A stretch of DNA of 64,000 bases from assembly GCA_977017575.1 (NCBI GenBank), contig CDRNVI010000149.1, forward strand, positions 434,001-498,000, in the 5' to 3' direction. The notes beneath the pieces were generated by a model. The model was not told the origin of the DNA and did no database searches. It was given only the letters and a program-made list of their open reading frames with translations. How positions within the stretch are numbered: the stretch's first letter is position 1; every line of letters begins with the position of its first letter. The stretch is from Paramoeba atlantica. Taxonomy: Eukaryota > Protista > Discosea. A program made the position numbers and the translations under genes. Below are positions 12,155 through 24,700 of this stretch, piece after piece.

Positions 12155-15100
12155 GAGCTGAGGAGTTAGGGAGTCAGGGAGACTTGAGATCCCACCAGAT
12201 GAGGTTCTTTTTTTTCTTTTTTTTTCTTCTTTTTTTTTGTTTTTTTTCTTTCTTTTTTTTCTTCTCTTTTTTCTTTGTTTTTTCTCTTTTTTTTTCTTTC
12301 TTTTTTTTTCTTCCTTCCTTTTCTTTTGTTTAATCTTTTATTTTAGAACAGAGACAAAAGTGTTCCACATTTTCCAATTCTTATCAGAAAAGAGTGGAAT
12401 TACATTGAAAAGGGTTCTTTTCTTTGATTGATCTGCTTTCAATCAGAGGTTTTTTCTTCTTTTCTTCCTGTTTCTTTCTTATCTTTCCCCTTTTTCTCCC
12501 TTTTTTACCTTTTTTCTTCTTATCTCTTTTGTTTTTCCCCCTCTTTTCCTTCTTTTTCTTTTTTTCCCTTTCCTCCTTCCCCTTTCCTTTTGTTTTTTAT
12601 TTTGAATTTTTTGATTGACTTTCCTTTTGAATGAAGGGAGTGGAAGTGGGTGGTTTTTAACACAAACAATAATGGAGAATTCATGATGGGGTAGAAAAAT
12701 ACACTTGGCACCTTTCTGATTTTCCACCTTCTCACCAAAGGCACTTTCTGCTGTGCAAGTTGTTGTCACCACTATTGTTTTGTCCTTGTTATCACAGCAG
12801 GTTTTCCCCCCTTCTTTATTTTGTGTTTTGTTGTTCCTGGAGTATTGTGCATTGTTTGTGGGGGGATTGTTGTTTTATTGTTTTGTTGTTTGTTATTTGT
12901 TGGTGGTTTTTAGAGGTGGTTGTTTCTTGGTTGGATATTTGGGTTATGGGTTATTTGGTTTTGTTGAATACCTGTTGAGGGAGTGTCTTGTTGTGATGAT
13001 AATGTCTCCACTTTGTGCTTGTGATTAACACCCAAGATTGAGAAAGGCAAAACAAATTGAATGGATTGTAAGGAGTTTTATATGAACAAGTTAAATAGTT
13101 CTTTTGATATTGTTCAAACAACACTATTATTTCTTTGATGTTATTTAAGAGGATTAGACCTGGTGGATCCTTGAGAATATCAATTATTTCTTTAATTATT
13201 TTATGACTCACCCCAGTTCAATGTCACCGCATCCGATTTTTGAGAAAACGCGAATTTTAAAAATAAAGTTCGGGCCCATTTTTTTTGGTAGCAATCCGGT
13301 GTTTAAAGGTGTCGTAAGCAACTTTTTGATGGTTGTTAAGGTGGTAATTTTGTGTTTTTTTTTCAGATATCAGATGCACAAACCCAGCACCCATAATTCA
13401 AAATCCATTTTCATTTTTCAAAGACTGTGTTTCCAAATGTAACTCAACTTGGTTAGCTCAAAACTTGGTGTATTTTCCCATCCTAAATAAAAGAGAAGAG
13501 AAAGCCCAATATCTTTTTTGTCACGATGAAGAACTGTCCCACAAGCAATTGAGAGCCAAAATTCTTCAATCAAGCAAAAATCTTTGTTGAAAGAGTCTTC
13601 GAGAAGGAGTTCAGGTCCGAACAGAGTGAGCAGTTTGTTTAGACATTTGAGAGAAAAACAAAAAACAAGAAGAAAAAAAAAGAAAAAAAAACAAAGGACT
13701 TGAACTAAATCGTTTTGGCTGTATTTTTCGAATAAAAAAAAAGAAAAAAAGTAATCTGAAAAGAATCCAAGACGAAAATTGCTAATTTTTTTGCTTTTTT
13801 TTCTTTCAAATTTTTGATTCTTTTTTCAAAATGCTTGCCAGATTCAATCTCAAAAGAAAAAAATGAATTCAATCACAAAAAAAGAAAAGAAGGAGATTAA
13901 AAATGGAATTCTTGCTCTGTCAACCAATTCCCCATGATTCTTTGTTTTCTTCTTCATGGACATTATCACCAAAAAACCCTTTTCCTCTCTCGATGTTATT
14001 GTTTCCTCCTGTTCGTTTTTCAGAGCCATCTAAGGATAGTTATTCTACTCTCTCTCTCCTCCTTCACCTTTATTATTTGATCATTTTTGTTTTTCGACTG
14101 CACGAGAACTTGTAAAAACAAATAAGAGTTTGGTGTCTTGGAAAGTGCTTGAAGAGAAGGTTGTGTTTCCGTTTGATCATCTTGTTTTTCTTTTTCTTTC
14201 TTTTTTTTCTTTCGTTTTTCTCCCCTTTTTTTCTTTCTTTTTTTTTCTTCCTTTTTATTCTTCCTTTTTATTCTCTCTTTTTTTCTCCTTTTTTCTCCTT
14301 CCTCTTTTTTCTTTTCTTTTTTTTTTTATTATTCTTATCATTTTTAAAAATATCTTTTTTGAATCCACACAATACAGATTTCTAAAATTGTTGGAAGAAT
14401 GAGTTGAAAGAAAGCAAGTGGTTCACATGGACTCTCAAAACCAATGGATTATTCAAAACTGGGACAACCACATTATTTTAACAAGGAAACCAGGAAAAAG
14501 CACTATTGTTGTTGAGAACTTATTTTAAAACCAAACCAGTAACAGTTTCTCCCCAAAATCCATCGCCGGCTTTGGAGCAGGAAGTTTTGGAAATGGAATT
14601 TCAAACTCTGGTGATTTCAAGTGTATTGGCTCCCCAGACAAAGGATCTAAGACTCACTGAAATATCATCACATCATTTGGATTTTTTAGTAACCCATATC
14701 ATTCATCATCATATTCACAAACTGTGCTTGTTTCAAATCATCAGATTTCTCAAGGTTTTGAAAGTCTATTTATTAAATTTTAAGAAATTATAATCCTTCA
14801 AAACACACACAAAAAAAAAATGAATTAACCTTTTCGAATCGCTTTCTTCACAACTCGCTTCCCAATGGACAGACAATGAACGAGTTCTTGAATCAGTCTT
14901 TTTGAAATGCTGGACTTGAACTTTTCAAAAGTTCAAGTTCAGTGTTTCAAAAGGTTTATCCTCTTTAATCTGTGTTCCTTCATACCTTCGAAGAGATAAA
15001 CCACTTTAAAGTTTGTAATCTCTTCTGTTTTCCTCTTGATTTGAGATGTAAAAGCTCTCCTTTCCCATTGTTTTTCATGAATAACAGAAGTGTTGATGAT

Positions 15101-15963
15101 TGGAAGTTGTTCTATTTTTGTTCAGAAGAAAAATTGAAAAATTGTCATTTAAAAAGAAAGTTAAACCAGGTTGTTTTGTCCTTTTGACTTTTTTAATCTT
15201 TTTGATCTCTTTCCAAAAATCTTTTTGGTGTTTCTGTGAGATTCGGGTGTGCCCATTTTCAAAAAATTGCCCAATCTATTTATTCTTAGACTTTAGAATA
15301 TGGAGAAAAAAGTAGAACCAAAATAGAAAAGGACATCTTCTCTTTCAAGGGGAGATATTGGCAGTTTGACCAACACTTTTTTAACACTTTTCAACATCTC
15401 TCCCATAAAAGTTGTTTTTTTGGTTCTTTAAAAATACATTATTTCAAAGAACATCAAAAAACGAATCAAAATCAAAAAACAAACCTTGAAAAGACTTCAA
15501 ACAAAGACCAAAAAAGTGGATGGCAGAAGCGAAGAGAAGCACGAAAGAAAAACACGAGAAAACACAAGAACGCAAACACCGTCCAAAATAGGGACTCAAA
15601 AAAAGTGCGCGATTTTTGAAAAATCGAATGCGGTGTGTTGGGACCTTTCTTTGATTTGGCATTCCCTTTGTCTTTTGAGAAACAAGAACTTTGAGAGAAA
15701 TGGGAATCATTTTACCTTGAGGGGACACTGGATCAGGGAGACCATCTATTAAGCTGTGAGAGGTAAGGACACAAGGTTCTTTTTTCTTTCTTTTTCTTAC
15801 TAGTTTTTATCTTCTTTATCTTTTCTTTTCACCTCCTTTTTCACATTTTTTTTTTGAACAGAGAACTCATTTCTTTTGATCTTTTTTGAAGAAGTGACTA
15901 TTTTGGTTCTTTCCTTGTTCAGTGGCAATACAAGCAAAACTCAAATGACCTCAAGCAAGAAGA

Positions 15964-16017
15964 CTTATACTCTCTTTGAGTACAAATTTTCAAATTAGCA
16001 CCCAGAGAGTATGAAAA
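15964..16017. repeat. 54-bp palindromic dispersed element, copy 2
   Basis: cttatactctctttg-agtacaaattttcaaattagcac-ccagagagtatgaaaa. Confidence 0.65.
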
Positions 16018-16339
16018 TTCTGGGGGTTCATTGTTCTTTTGAAGAAAGTTATTTTTCAAATAATGTCTTCTATTTTTGTTTCAAAGGAGGGGGATTGAAA
16101 AACTTCTTTTTCAAACCTCAGGAGAATAAGGAGAAGGGCAAGAACCATCTATTCATCTAACAGGTTCAATTCTCACATAGTGAATTTTTTCATTTTTTTT
16201 TATCTCTTCTTCAATCTTTTCTTTCCTTCTCTTAGATTAGAAGTGAGAATGAGAACAAATATATATATATTTCCTCATTTATTGCATCAAGATATTGCAC
16301 AATTTGATCAGGTTTATTTTGGTTAACAATATTATATCA

Positions 16340-18833
16340 GGTTCCTTCCAGGGGGGCCTAATTAGTCTTTTTGGGCCTAATTAGGCTCCTGTTTGTTGGC
16401 CAAAATAAAGCACATTTTTGAACTTTTTTTTTTTTTTGACTTTCTTTTGTGTTTCTTTGAGGTTTTTTCTTGATTTTCATCACAATGCCTTTCTCAGAAA
16501 GTCTGAATGAAAAAAGTTACAGTGGTGAGAAAAATGAGTTCTGGATCAACTTCTCCAAGAATTGAAGAATTGAAGGAGGATACTATTTGGTTCTGCAAAG
16601 CTGTGAACCTTTGCCCTTCTCATCTTCTAAGGAAACATTTTGGTGACCAATATCAAGGAGCATCTCTCTCTTCACTCAGGGTGAAAAGGGTGGAACTTCA
16701 GAACTATGACAGGAAATCTCAGATGGTAGTTTTGCTTCATTCTCCTGTCTTCCAGAATGATTACCTTCTGGCTCTCCCTGAAAATTTGAAGTTTGTTGGA
16801 GAAGCGGATGTCTCAGAGGGTTGTGGGACTTCAACTCATCCATCTTCATCTTCATCATCCTCTTCTGGCTCAGGAGGATCAAGTTCTGGTTCATCCCAGG
16901 CATCAACAACCTCTGTGGGCTCATCTGATACTGATGATGAAGATACTGAATCTTGCTCTGATATTGAGGAGGAAGGGGAAGACAATGCAGCAGAACTCGT
17001 TGAAAATGATCTTTCCTTTGTGTTTCTGAGTGGTCTTCCTCAACAACTGATGCTCGTGCTGTGATAGGAGCACAAGACTTCAAGGCCTGTACAAGAATTC
17101 GCTTTGATGCTGTTTATGTCCCCACTCCCCTCGATATTTTTCTCCAAGTTCTGCCTCTAACCTTTCTAAAAACTGATGTGCTGAAAGCAACAAAAATGAG
17201 TTTAACCATTCTTTGAACTTCACTGAAGCTGAAATGCTTGATTTTATTGCCTTGTGCCAGATTATGTCTTTCTACCCAGGACATAAAAGAAGGGATTTTT
17301 TTCGAATTTCAAAGGATTCAGCTGGATCTTCCTTGCATGGTTACACTGCCTTATCTTGGGAAATATATCAGTAGAAATCGGTTTGATATGATTGTCTCCT
17401 CTCTTAAACTTGCTCCTCTCTCTGCAAAACCCTCTTACACAGACCGTATGTGGGAAATTCGACCCCTGATTGCTGCTTTTAACGAGAAGATGAAGACCAT
17501 CTTTGTTCCAAGTTGGCAGGTCTGTCTGGATGAGTCTATGGTGGTGTGGTTCTGTAAATGGGCTCCTGGTTGGATGTTTGTTCAGAGGGAACCTCATCCT
17601 TTTGGAAATGAATATCATACAATTGGTTGTGGGGAGACTAGAGTGATATTCTTTCTTGAAATTGTGGAAGGAAAGTCCCATCCTCCTGAAATGGGCCTGC
17701 CCAAGTTTCAACCTCCATCTGGTTCTAGAGCGAAAACTGTTGGTTTAATGCTTAGAATGACTGAGGGAATTTGGGGAACTGGTCGAGTAGTTGCTTTGGA
17801 TAGTGGTTTTTGTGTGTTGGAAGGTTGTATTCAACTTCTTTGAGAAGGGATTGTATTGTACTTCAGTTGTGAAGAAAAAACAATATTGGCCCAAAGGAAT
17901 TCCAGGGGAAGAGATTGTTGCACACCTCAAGGAGAAGGAACCTGGTTATGTGTGAAAGTGAAGAAAGGATCTCTGAGAGGTTATAAATTCTATGTGGAGG
18001 CTTTCCAAGATGTTCATCACTCTTCTATAATGATTAATACCTGGGGAACTTCTTTTCCCACTGGTTGCCCACGAAATTGCAAGCTTGAAGGCCAAAGACT
18101 CTCCCTGTGATATACTCAGCCTCTTGACTTTTACTATCAAACCAGGCATTGTGTGGATGATCACAACCAACTGAGGCAAGGTTCTCTCTTCTTGGAGAGT
18201 TCCTGGAAGACCAAAAAATGGGTCCACAGGCAGTTTGCTTTCATTCTTGTAGTTGTGGAAGTCAATGCCTTCCTCATATTTCAGCACTTTTTCCCCCAAG
18301 CCAAAGAGCTCTCCTTTGCAGAATTTCGTTTTGAGGTTGCCCAAGGTCTACTCTCTCTCAGAATCATCCCTTGGATGAAGGCTATAACCTGCAAATACCA
18401 CTCCCAACTCGTGTAGAACATCATCTGATGATCAAGCCCAACTTTGCTGGAGTTTGGTGAAATAGTAATTGGACTGAAGCCAGACAAGAGTACCAGAAGA
18501 GTAAATGCAATGGGACAAATTGTACAAAGAAAGTTTGAACCTATTGCTCCTGTGATCAAACACTCATTTTTTGTTCAGGTTGCTTTGCTGACCATATGAG
18601 CAGGCACATGACTGAGGACTAATTAGTCCTTTTGAAAAATGATGTTTTTTTTTTTTTGGTGACTCAATTTTTTTTTTCAAAAAACAATATTTGAACAAAT
18701 ATTTCTTGATATTCTTGTTTAAAAGATCTTTATTAAAAAGTTTATCAAAAAAAATCTCCCCTCCACCCACCAGTGGCTTCAAAAAAAGAGTCAAAAATAG
18801 AGGCCTAATTAGTCTTTTGGCCTGGAAGGAACC
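16340..18833 (+). mobile_element. Decayed piggyBac-superfamily DNA transposon
   Basis: 13-bp TIR ggttccttccagg (16340-16352) / cctggaaggaacc (18821-18833). Subterminal repeats of the form gcctaattagtc lie at ~16356, ~16375, ~18617 and ~18802. A transposase relic lies between them. Confidence 0.8.
16485..18622 (+). pseudogene. piggyBac-like transposase (DDE_Tnp_1_7 type), disrupted
   Basis: VCLDESMV, PHPFGNEYHT, VVALDSGF, VDDHNQLRQ and a C-terminal Cys-rich tail CNGTNCTKKV*TYCSC...CSGCFADH. Several TGA stops and frameshifts. The start position is approximate. Confidence 0.85.
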
Positions 18834-18899
18834 CAATTTTCTGGAGAGTTTAACAATTTTATTTGTTTTTTTTCTGGTTTTTCTGGTTTTTTCTTTTTT

Positions 18900-21150
18900 T
18901 CTGGTTTTTTCTTTTCTTTTGGAAGATGGTGAAACATTTTTCCCAGAGTCTCACAGTTTTTGTGCTGTGTGGTTCACATATTTCAGATCAATCTTTCTCT
19001 TTGGTACAAAAAGGCTGGAAATGCTGCTGTTGGTGAAGTCTCCTCTTTGTCCTGTTCCTTTGCATACTTCTTGAGTACTTTCTCTGGCTTTCTTTTCCAT
19101 TGTTTATCTTTCTTGATTATCCTTGGTTTTGGTCTCTTCCCCTTTTGGAGTAGAGTTTCTCAAGCCAACTCCAAAACCCCCCCCCTTATTTATCTTGATC
19201 TCAATCTTCCATCTTCTTTTCTTTCTGATTACAATCTGAACCAATTGGGCCAATTCAACATTCAAATAGGTTCTTGGCTGCTTCCTCTTAACTGCCCAAA
19301 AGGTGGCTTGACAAAAGGTCTCAATATTCAGACCCCCCCTTGCATCCCCTGAGGATCTCAGTGACCCTTATCAAGGGGGGAAATATTCATCCTTTTGGCC
19401 AACTGAGCTGATTGGCATTACTAGTCTGCTCCTCTTGGGTTTATATTTCTTCATCACTTTCTTTGAAATCTCCTTGAACCTCCTTATTTGATAATGTCCA
19501 CCTCTCAAGATCCTTGGATTTCCTAAAGTTGGTGTTAGAGAATCATTTTCTTCTGTTCTTGTTGATAGGATTGAAGATTTCTCCTAAATCAAATTTCACT
19601 TTCTCATCCTTTCCATTTTCATGTGTCTCTCTCTCTCTTTTATTTCTTTCTCAAGTCCTAAATTCTCTTTCTCCATTTCTCCCTATTCCCCTCATTAATT
19701 CCACAAGCTGGTCTTCCACACCATGTTGCATGAATTTGATCATGGTGACTACAATGATGAGGTACAAGAGTGCTTTTTATGTGCAAAAAGTGCTTAGATT
19801 CTTTGATCAAGGGTATCTTTTGAGATATTGCATTCCTTCTGATGATGTGTGTGCTTTTTGTCCATCTCCTGTGCGCCCCATTTTGCCCCTCATCCACTCT
19901 TGTCTTACCCCTTCTTTCTTCTTTGCCTTCTTCTCTTTTGGTTTTTAATTTACTTTAAAGATGTCAGATCATGCAAGATGAACTTGTGGACACAAGATTG
20001 GAAATTCAAAATTGATTATTCTTTGCTTCTATTTTTGATTCTGGTAATATTCCATTCAAGAGAAGATTTCTCATTTGTTTACAAAATGAATCAGCCATTT
20101 GTTCAATTCAGGTCTATTGCTTTGTTTCCTCTCCAATATCTCTGCTTGTCCTTACCCCTCTCCTTAGGAGTTTGTTCATCAGTTATTCAAACTAAGTCTT
20201 GCTCAGATAAAGCATTAATCTTTTGGGTGACTCTTTTGTGCCCTACATTTGGTTTTGGCATGGGTGTGTGCACTCAACATTTTCCTCCATTCCAAATAAG
20301 GTTCAGTGCAAGCATCACCACTCAAGTGGTCTGGTGTTTGAAACTGAAATTGAAAGTTGACCCATTGATGCATTAATAAATGTCTTATACAAAGTTGACC
20401 TATCAATTGCATACTCAGTGTTTTGGCCAATGCTGAAGCCTTGAGTGATGTGGGCTCTTGGAGTGCACACTGGAGAACAAGTTGACCCATGCAACACCTC
20501 AGACCCAAAATGATGACTGTTTGTTGAGAAAGCAAGTTGACTCATGTTTTCTGATAATTCTTGTTTGGTTTGAGCAGGGGAGCAAAGTTTCAAAATAAAT
20601 CTCTTTCCAGATCTCCAATGATGAGAGTGAAACTGTTATCTTGCTTATGATGAACAGTAACAGTTGGATCATTTTTGTTTGTCCAATTTTCTTTTGAGTT
20701 CATTAAGGTCCTTACAATTCTCAATCATTTCATTGAGTTGTGTCAGCATTTGCTTCTTTGCTGCTTGGAGGTCAATTTCCTCTTCTCTTTTCCTTTTGGG
20801 GTGGAGGGGTTTGGTCAGATTGAGCAAACCACTGAACCAGGTTCATGCAATTACTTGAGAACATTTCAAAAGCTATATGTTGCCATAAGTTGAGATGAGG
20901 GAGGACCAAGTGTTGTGTCTTTGGCCAATTCCTTTCACTTTCAAAAGTTTTCCAATGTTCAGCCAAAGACACTGAAGACTACTGTGATCAGTGTTTTCTT
21001 CATGAGCTTACATCAGGTTGCATTGACCCAGACAATAAAGAAGAAGAAGAAGAAGAACTTGAATTAGAGTTTCTTCAAACAATCAGTGTCAAGTCAAGAT
21101 CACTGAGAATACATCCAGGAATGGGAGTCTCTAGTGAAAGAGTTTCTGTT
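18900..21150 (-). pseudogene. Unidentified, almost CpG-free decayed coding relic, probably a transposon
   Basis: Protein-like fragments on the minus strand (for example EVLHGSTCSPVCTPRAHITQGFSIGQNTEYAIDRSTLYK) with many stops. Family not recognised. Confidence 0.25.
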
Positions 21151-21481
21151 TGGATCAATTGACAAAACAGGTTCTTTTTTTCCCTTTCACAACATCATCA
21201 CCTTCAACTTCTATGCATAACCTTTTCTTTCAAATCAAACAATTTAATCATCAAAAGAATAATAAACACACACTTTTTTTCCTTTTTCTTTTTCTTTTTT
21301 GTTCCATTTCTTCAACCTTTACCATCTTCATTCAACCAAAAAACAAACAAATCAGAAAAGAGACCACAAGAGTGAACATATGGATATAACATCAGATTTT
21401 TTTTTGAAGGCTCAAAAGGAATATTTGAAGTCACTTCAATTCTAAAAACACTATGATTGCAAGTGCAGCTTAAGCTCACTC

Positions 21482-21785
21482 TCATGTAAAGCATTAAACC
21501 AACAGTTTTCACTCCAAAACCTGATAGAGGTTGAAACTTGAACAAGCCCATTTCAGGAATTTCAAGAGGATGGAACTTTCCCTTGACAATTTCAAGAAAA
21601 AATATCACTCTAGTCTCCCTTTAACCAATTATATGATGTTTATTTCCAAAAAAATATGGTTTCTTTCTGAACAAACATTCAACTAGAAGTCAATTTGTAG
21701 AACCATACCACTATACACTCATTCAAACAGACCTGACAGAGCTGTTAACTTGAAGCAAAGATGGTCTTCATCTTTTTGTTAAAAA
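21482..21785 (-). mobile_element. Second, inverted fragment of the piggyBac-like transposase
   Basis: IFFLEIVKGKFHPLEIPEMGLFKFQPLSGFGVKTVGLML aligns with IFFLEIVEGKSHPPEMGLPKFQPPSGSRAKTVGLML at ~17645-17755. DNA similarity extends over ~17480-17760. Confidence 0.8.
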
Positions 21786-21789
21786 CAAC

Positions 21790-23640
21790 ATGTAATCATG
21801 GATGGGGTGATCTCTCAATGATAATGTGGTTAAAAAAGCAATTAAGGATTTTTGAGAGGGTTTTCTCAGCACAGAAAGACTATATAACAAAGATTCTCTT
21901 GATGAACTGATTGCTGACCACCAACCTCATTTCCCTCCAGTTGAGAAACATGATGTGGATAGGAAGAAAGTTGATAAACTACTTCAGAGAACCAACAACA
22001 TCAGCACAGGACCTGATGGTATTCCCTTCTTTTTGTATAAGGCAACACAAGAGAAGTACTTTGATATGTGAGTAGAATTAATTCAACAAGCAGGTGAAAT
22101 TATGAATTTTCAGGAGATCAATTAATGAAGCAGTAGAATCAGTATATAACTCTTTTTACAAAGCTTTGGTAGAGGGAAAAGATGTGACTCTCCTCTAAAC
22201 AGACTTTTGCAAGGCATATGATTATATGAATTGTGATGCACTCCTTCATATTCTCAAAGGTCTGAATGCCCCCCTCAAGCAATCTATATTGTTGAGAAAG
22301 TCCTTTGTGAATATATAACCTGGCTGCTAAATATTAGTGAATCCAAAGAATCAATCTAAAGCTGGACAGGAGTTAGACAAAGATGCCCAATCTCCCTTCT
22401 ATTGTTTGTGATTGTGTTTGACATCCTCCTTGTGAGTTTGAAGAAGAAACACAACCTCCAAGATCTGTCAGGCTTTATGGATGATTTGAGGATAGTGCTT
22501 CAGAGAGCTGAAACCATCAATTCTCTCACTCCAACCTTTAAGAAATATAAAGAAGCAACTGAAGCTAAATTGAACTTTAATAAGTGCTTTGTCCTCTCAA
22601 CTGAGTCTTACAAACCAGTAGGCCCCTGGTCTGAGATGGCAAGACTCAATTACTATGGTAATGAAACTGGGAGTGAGATTGAATAAATGGTTATCTTCTC
22701 TCAAAGATTGAGAGAAGGTGGTCCAAAAGATGAAGAAAGTTGGAACAGCAATTAAAAAGAGAGGTGGGAATTTTTACTCAAGAGTGAAGATGGTCAATAT
22801 CTATTTAACTCCATGTATGGAATACTTAGTGAGATTCAAGTTGATCCTAAAATCTATCACCTCTTTGATGTGGAAATCCATTTGCTCAGCCCTGGGTGCC
22901 TATGCCATCACTAAAACCTCTGTTCTTACTTTATGCTATCCTCTTTGGACTCAAATCCTCAACTACATCACCCTATTGTTTTTAATTGGGCTCTTTTCAC
23001 CTCTTGTCCACCAATGAAGAGTGATTATTAGAGTCCTCTCTCCATTGAAGCTAAGTGAAAGGATGCTTTCATTGCAGCTCAAAGCCTTTCTTCCAAAGTT
23101 GTATTTGGCCAGGCCACTTGTGTTGCATATACCAATATGTCTCAAATGATTTCAATTGAAATCAAAGACTTGTATGTGGGGAAAAGAAGAGCTGAATATG
23201 TGGTGTACAACTTGGTTCATGCAATTAAACCTTAGTTTAAGAAGAATTTACTTAAATTTCTAATAAAAGAACTATCTACAAGAAACAAGTTGTCTCACTT
23301 CTCAAACCAAGATTCAAGTTGTTGCCTCTGCCACTGAGAAAAGAAGTCATAATCTCATCTACTGGAAAAATGCTTTGTGGTTGAGGGTTTTCTTCAAGCA
23401 AGAGGAAGGAAATGTATTTTGCTGAAAGTACTCAATTGGCAAGAAACTAAAAATATATGTGGTCTTATTTCAAAGTATCTTACTAAGCAAGAAACCTCTG
23501 TGGTGAGTGCTGCCTTGCTAAGTTTGTGGCTCACAGTGTGTGCAGAAGAAACTAAATTAGTTTAGTTTACTATGAAAATTGTTAGAAAAATCCTGAGAAA
23601 GAATAAAATCCTTCTTTAGCCTCCAAGAACTCAAATCAAA
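21790..23640 (+). mobile_element. Decayed L1/Tx1-like non-LTR retrotransposon relic (RT region)
   Basis: TGPDGIP (~22006), TDFCKAYD (~22200), GVRQRCPISLLLF..FMDD (~22370-22485), YSRVKMVNIYL (~22775). Many stops and deletions; no CpG seen. Confidence 0.75.
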
Positions 23641-24277
23641 AAAGAACCTAAAAAGAAGAAAAGCTTTAAATTCAAAAGCTTTTAAATGTTTTATAATGAT
23701 TCAAGATATACAAACCTTCATTTGGAGGGTGCAGATTTTGCAGTTTTCAAAAAAGAGAGAGAAATATGTGATGGGTTTGAAACCATTTCTCTTAGCTTTA
23801 ACAATATTGGTGAATTTATAAGCTACTTAAAAGGGATACAAAGTGTTAGATCAATGATAAAAAAGATTGTAATTGTTGAAGATTGTATAATTCTTACCAA
23901 GGCAATGTTCAAAACCCATACTAGAAAAAATTATACTTTAAATGAATTACTTTGTGAAATTACAAGTTAAGGCTTGAAGGTTTGTAACACTATAAGCAAA
24001 ACAACTATTTAAGATAAAAAGAGTTTTGGTATTATCTTTGAACTCTAAAAATCAACATCTTATAATTACTTTTAGAATAAAAATTTTATCAATTTAATAA
24101 GAAAATAACTTATTATTGATATTTGGTGATGAAAATAATATTACATAATACTACTCATTCACTGAGAGATTATACATCACCTTTAAGTCTAAAACAAAGA
24201 ATATTGTTTTGATAGTTGCAAAAATTGAAAGACTCCATCCAATAATACCAACTATAAGCATTAAAGTGATATAGAAT

Positions 24278-24700
24278 GGGTTGGTGCCTGTAGTTTAGTT
24301 GTAAATTCAACTATGTCCAACCCTGGGGAGGCAAGTTCAAATCCCAGTTTTTCGATATTATAGAAAATTTTTCTGGTGCTGTAGAGTGATTTGATTGGAG
24401 TGAGGAGCTTTTGAAGAAGTGTGAAAATCGGAACAGGTTACATCTCAGCCCTGTCTGCTAAAAAGTTGAAGATAAATTCCTTTGGAAGGAGCTTTGGATT
24501 ATTTTCCCTTCTAATATGCATCCTCCAGCCTGAACTTGTAGAAGTTCTAAAGTTCAACATAAAGACCAACTGAACTAAGCTGAAGTTTAAAACTTCACCT
24601 CTCATTAGAGGTTAAAAACAAACATAATTTAATGTAATTCAAATGGCTTAGATTAAGAACTACTAATTGAATAAAGTTTGCCTCAAAAAAAAAAAAAAAA
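24278..24700 (+). mobile_element. SINE-like retroposon (423 bp) with A/B-box-like head, poly(A) tail and 10-bp TSD
   Basis: TSD gatatagaat at 24268-24277 and 24701-24710; A16 tail; tagtttagt and gttcaaatcc motifs in the head. A second copy lies at 41848-44063. Confidence 0.88.

Noticed and set aside
13230-15800. Possible transposon termini or MITE-like segments (13240-13500, 15240-15400) and short ORFs
   Set aside because: The sequence is CpG-containing and high-complexity, but I could not pair inverted repeats, find TSDs or recognise a protein motif.
23686-23970. 94-aa AT-rich ORF with ISLSFNNIG
   Set aside because: One LRR-like word in a short isolated ORF is not enough to call a gene.
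24278-24350. HDV-like ribozyme at the SINE 5' end (GGGUUGG/CCAACCY resembles P1)
   Set aside because: A 7-bp P1-like stem exists, but I could not build P3/L3, P1.1 or a catalytic J4/2. An RNArobo or Infernal HDV descriptor search would settle it.
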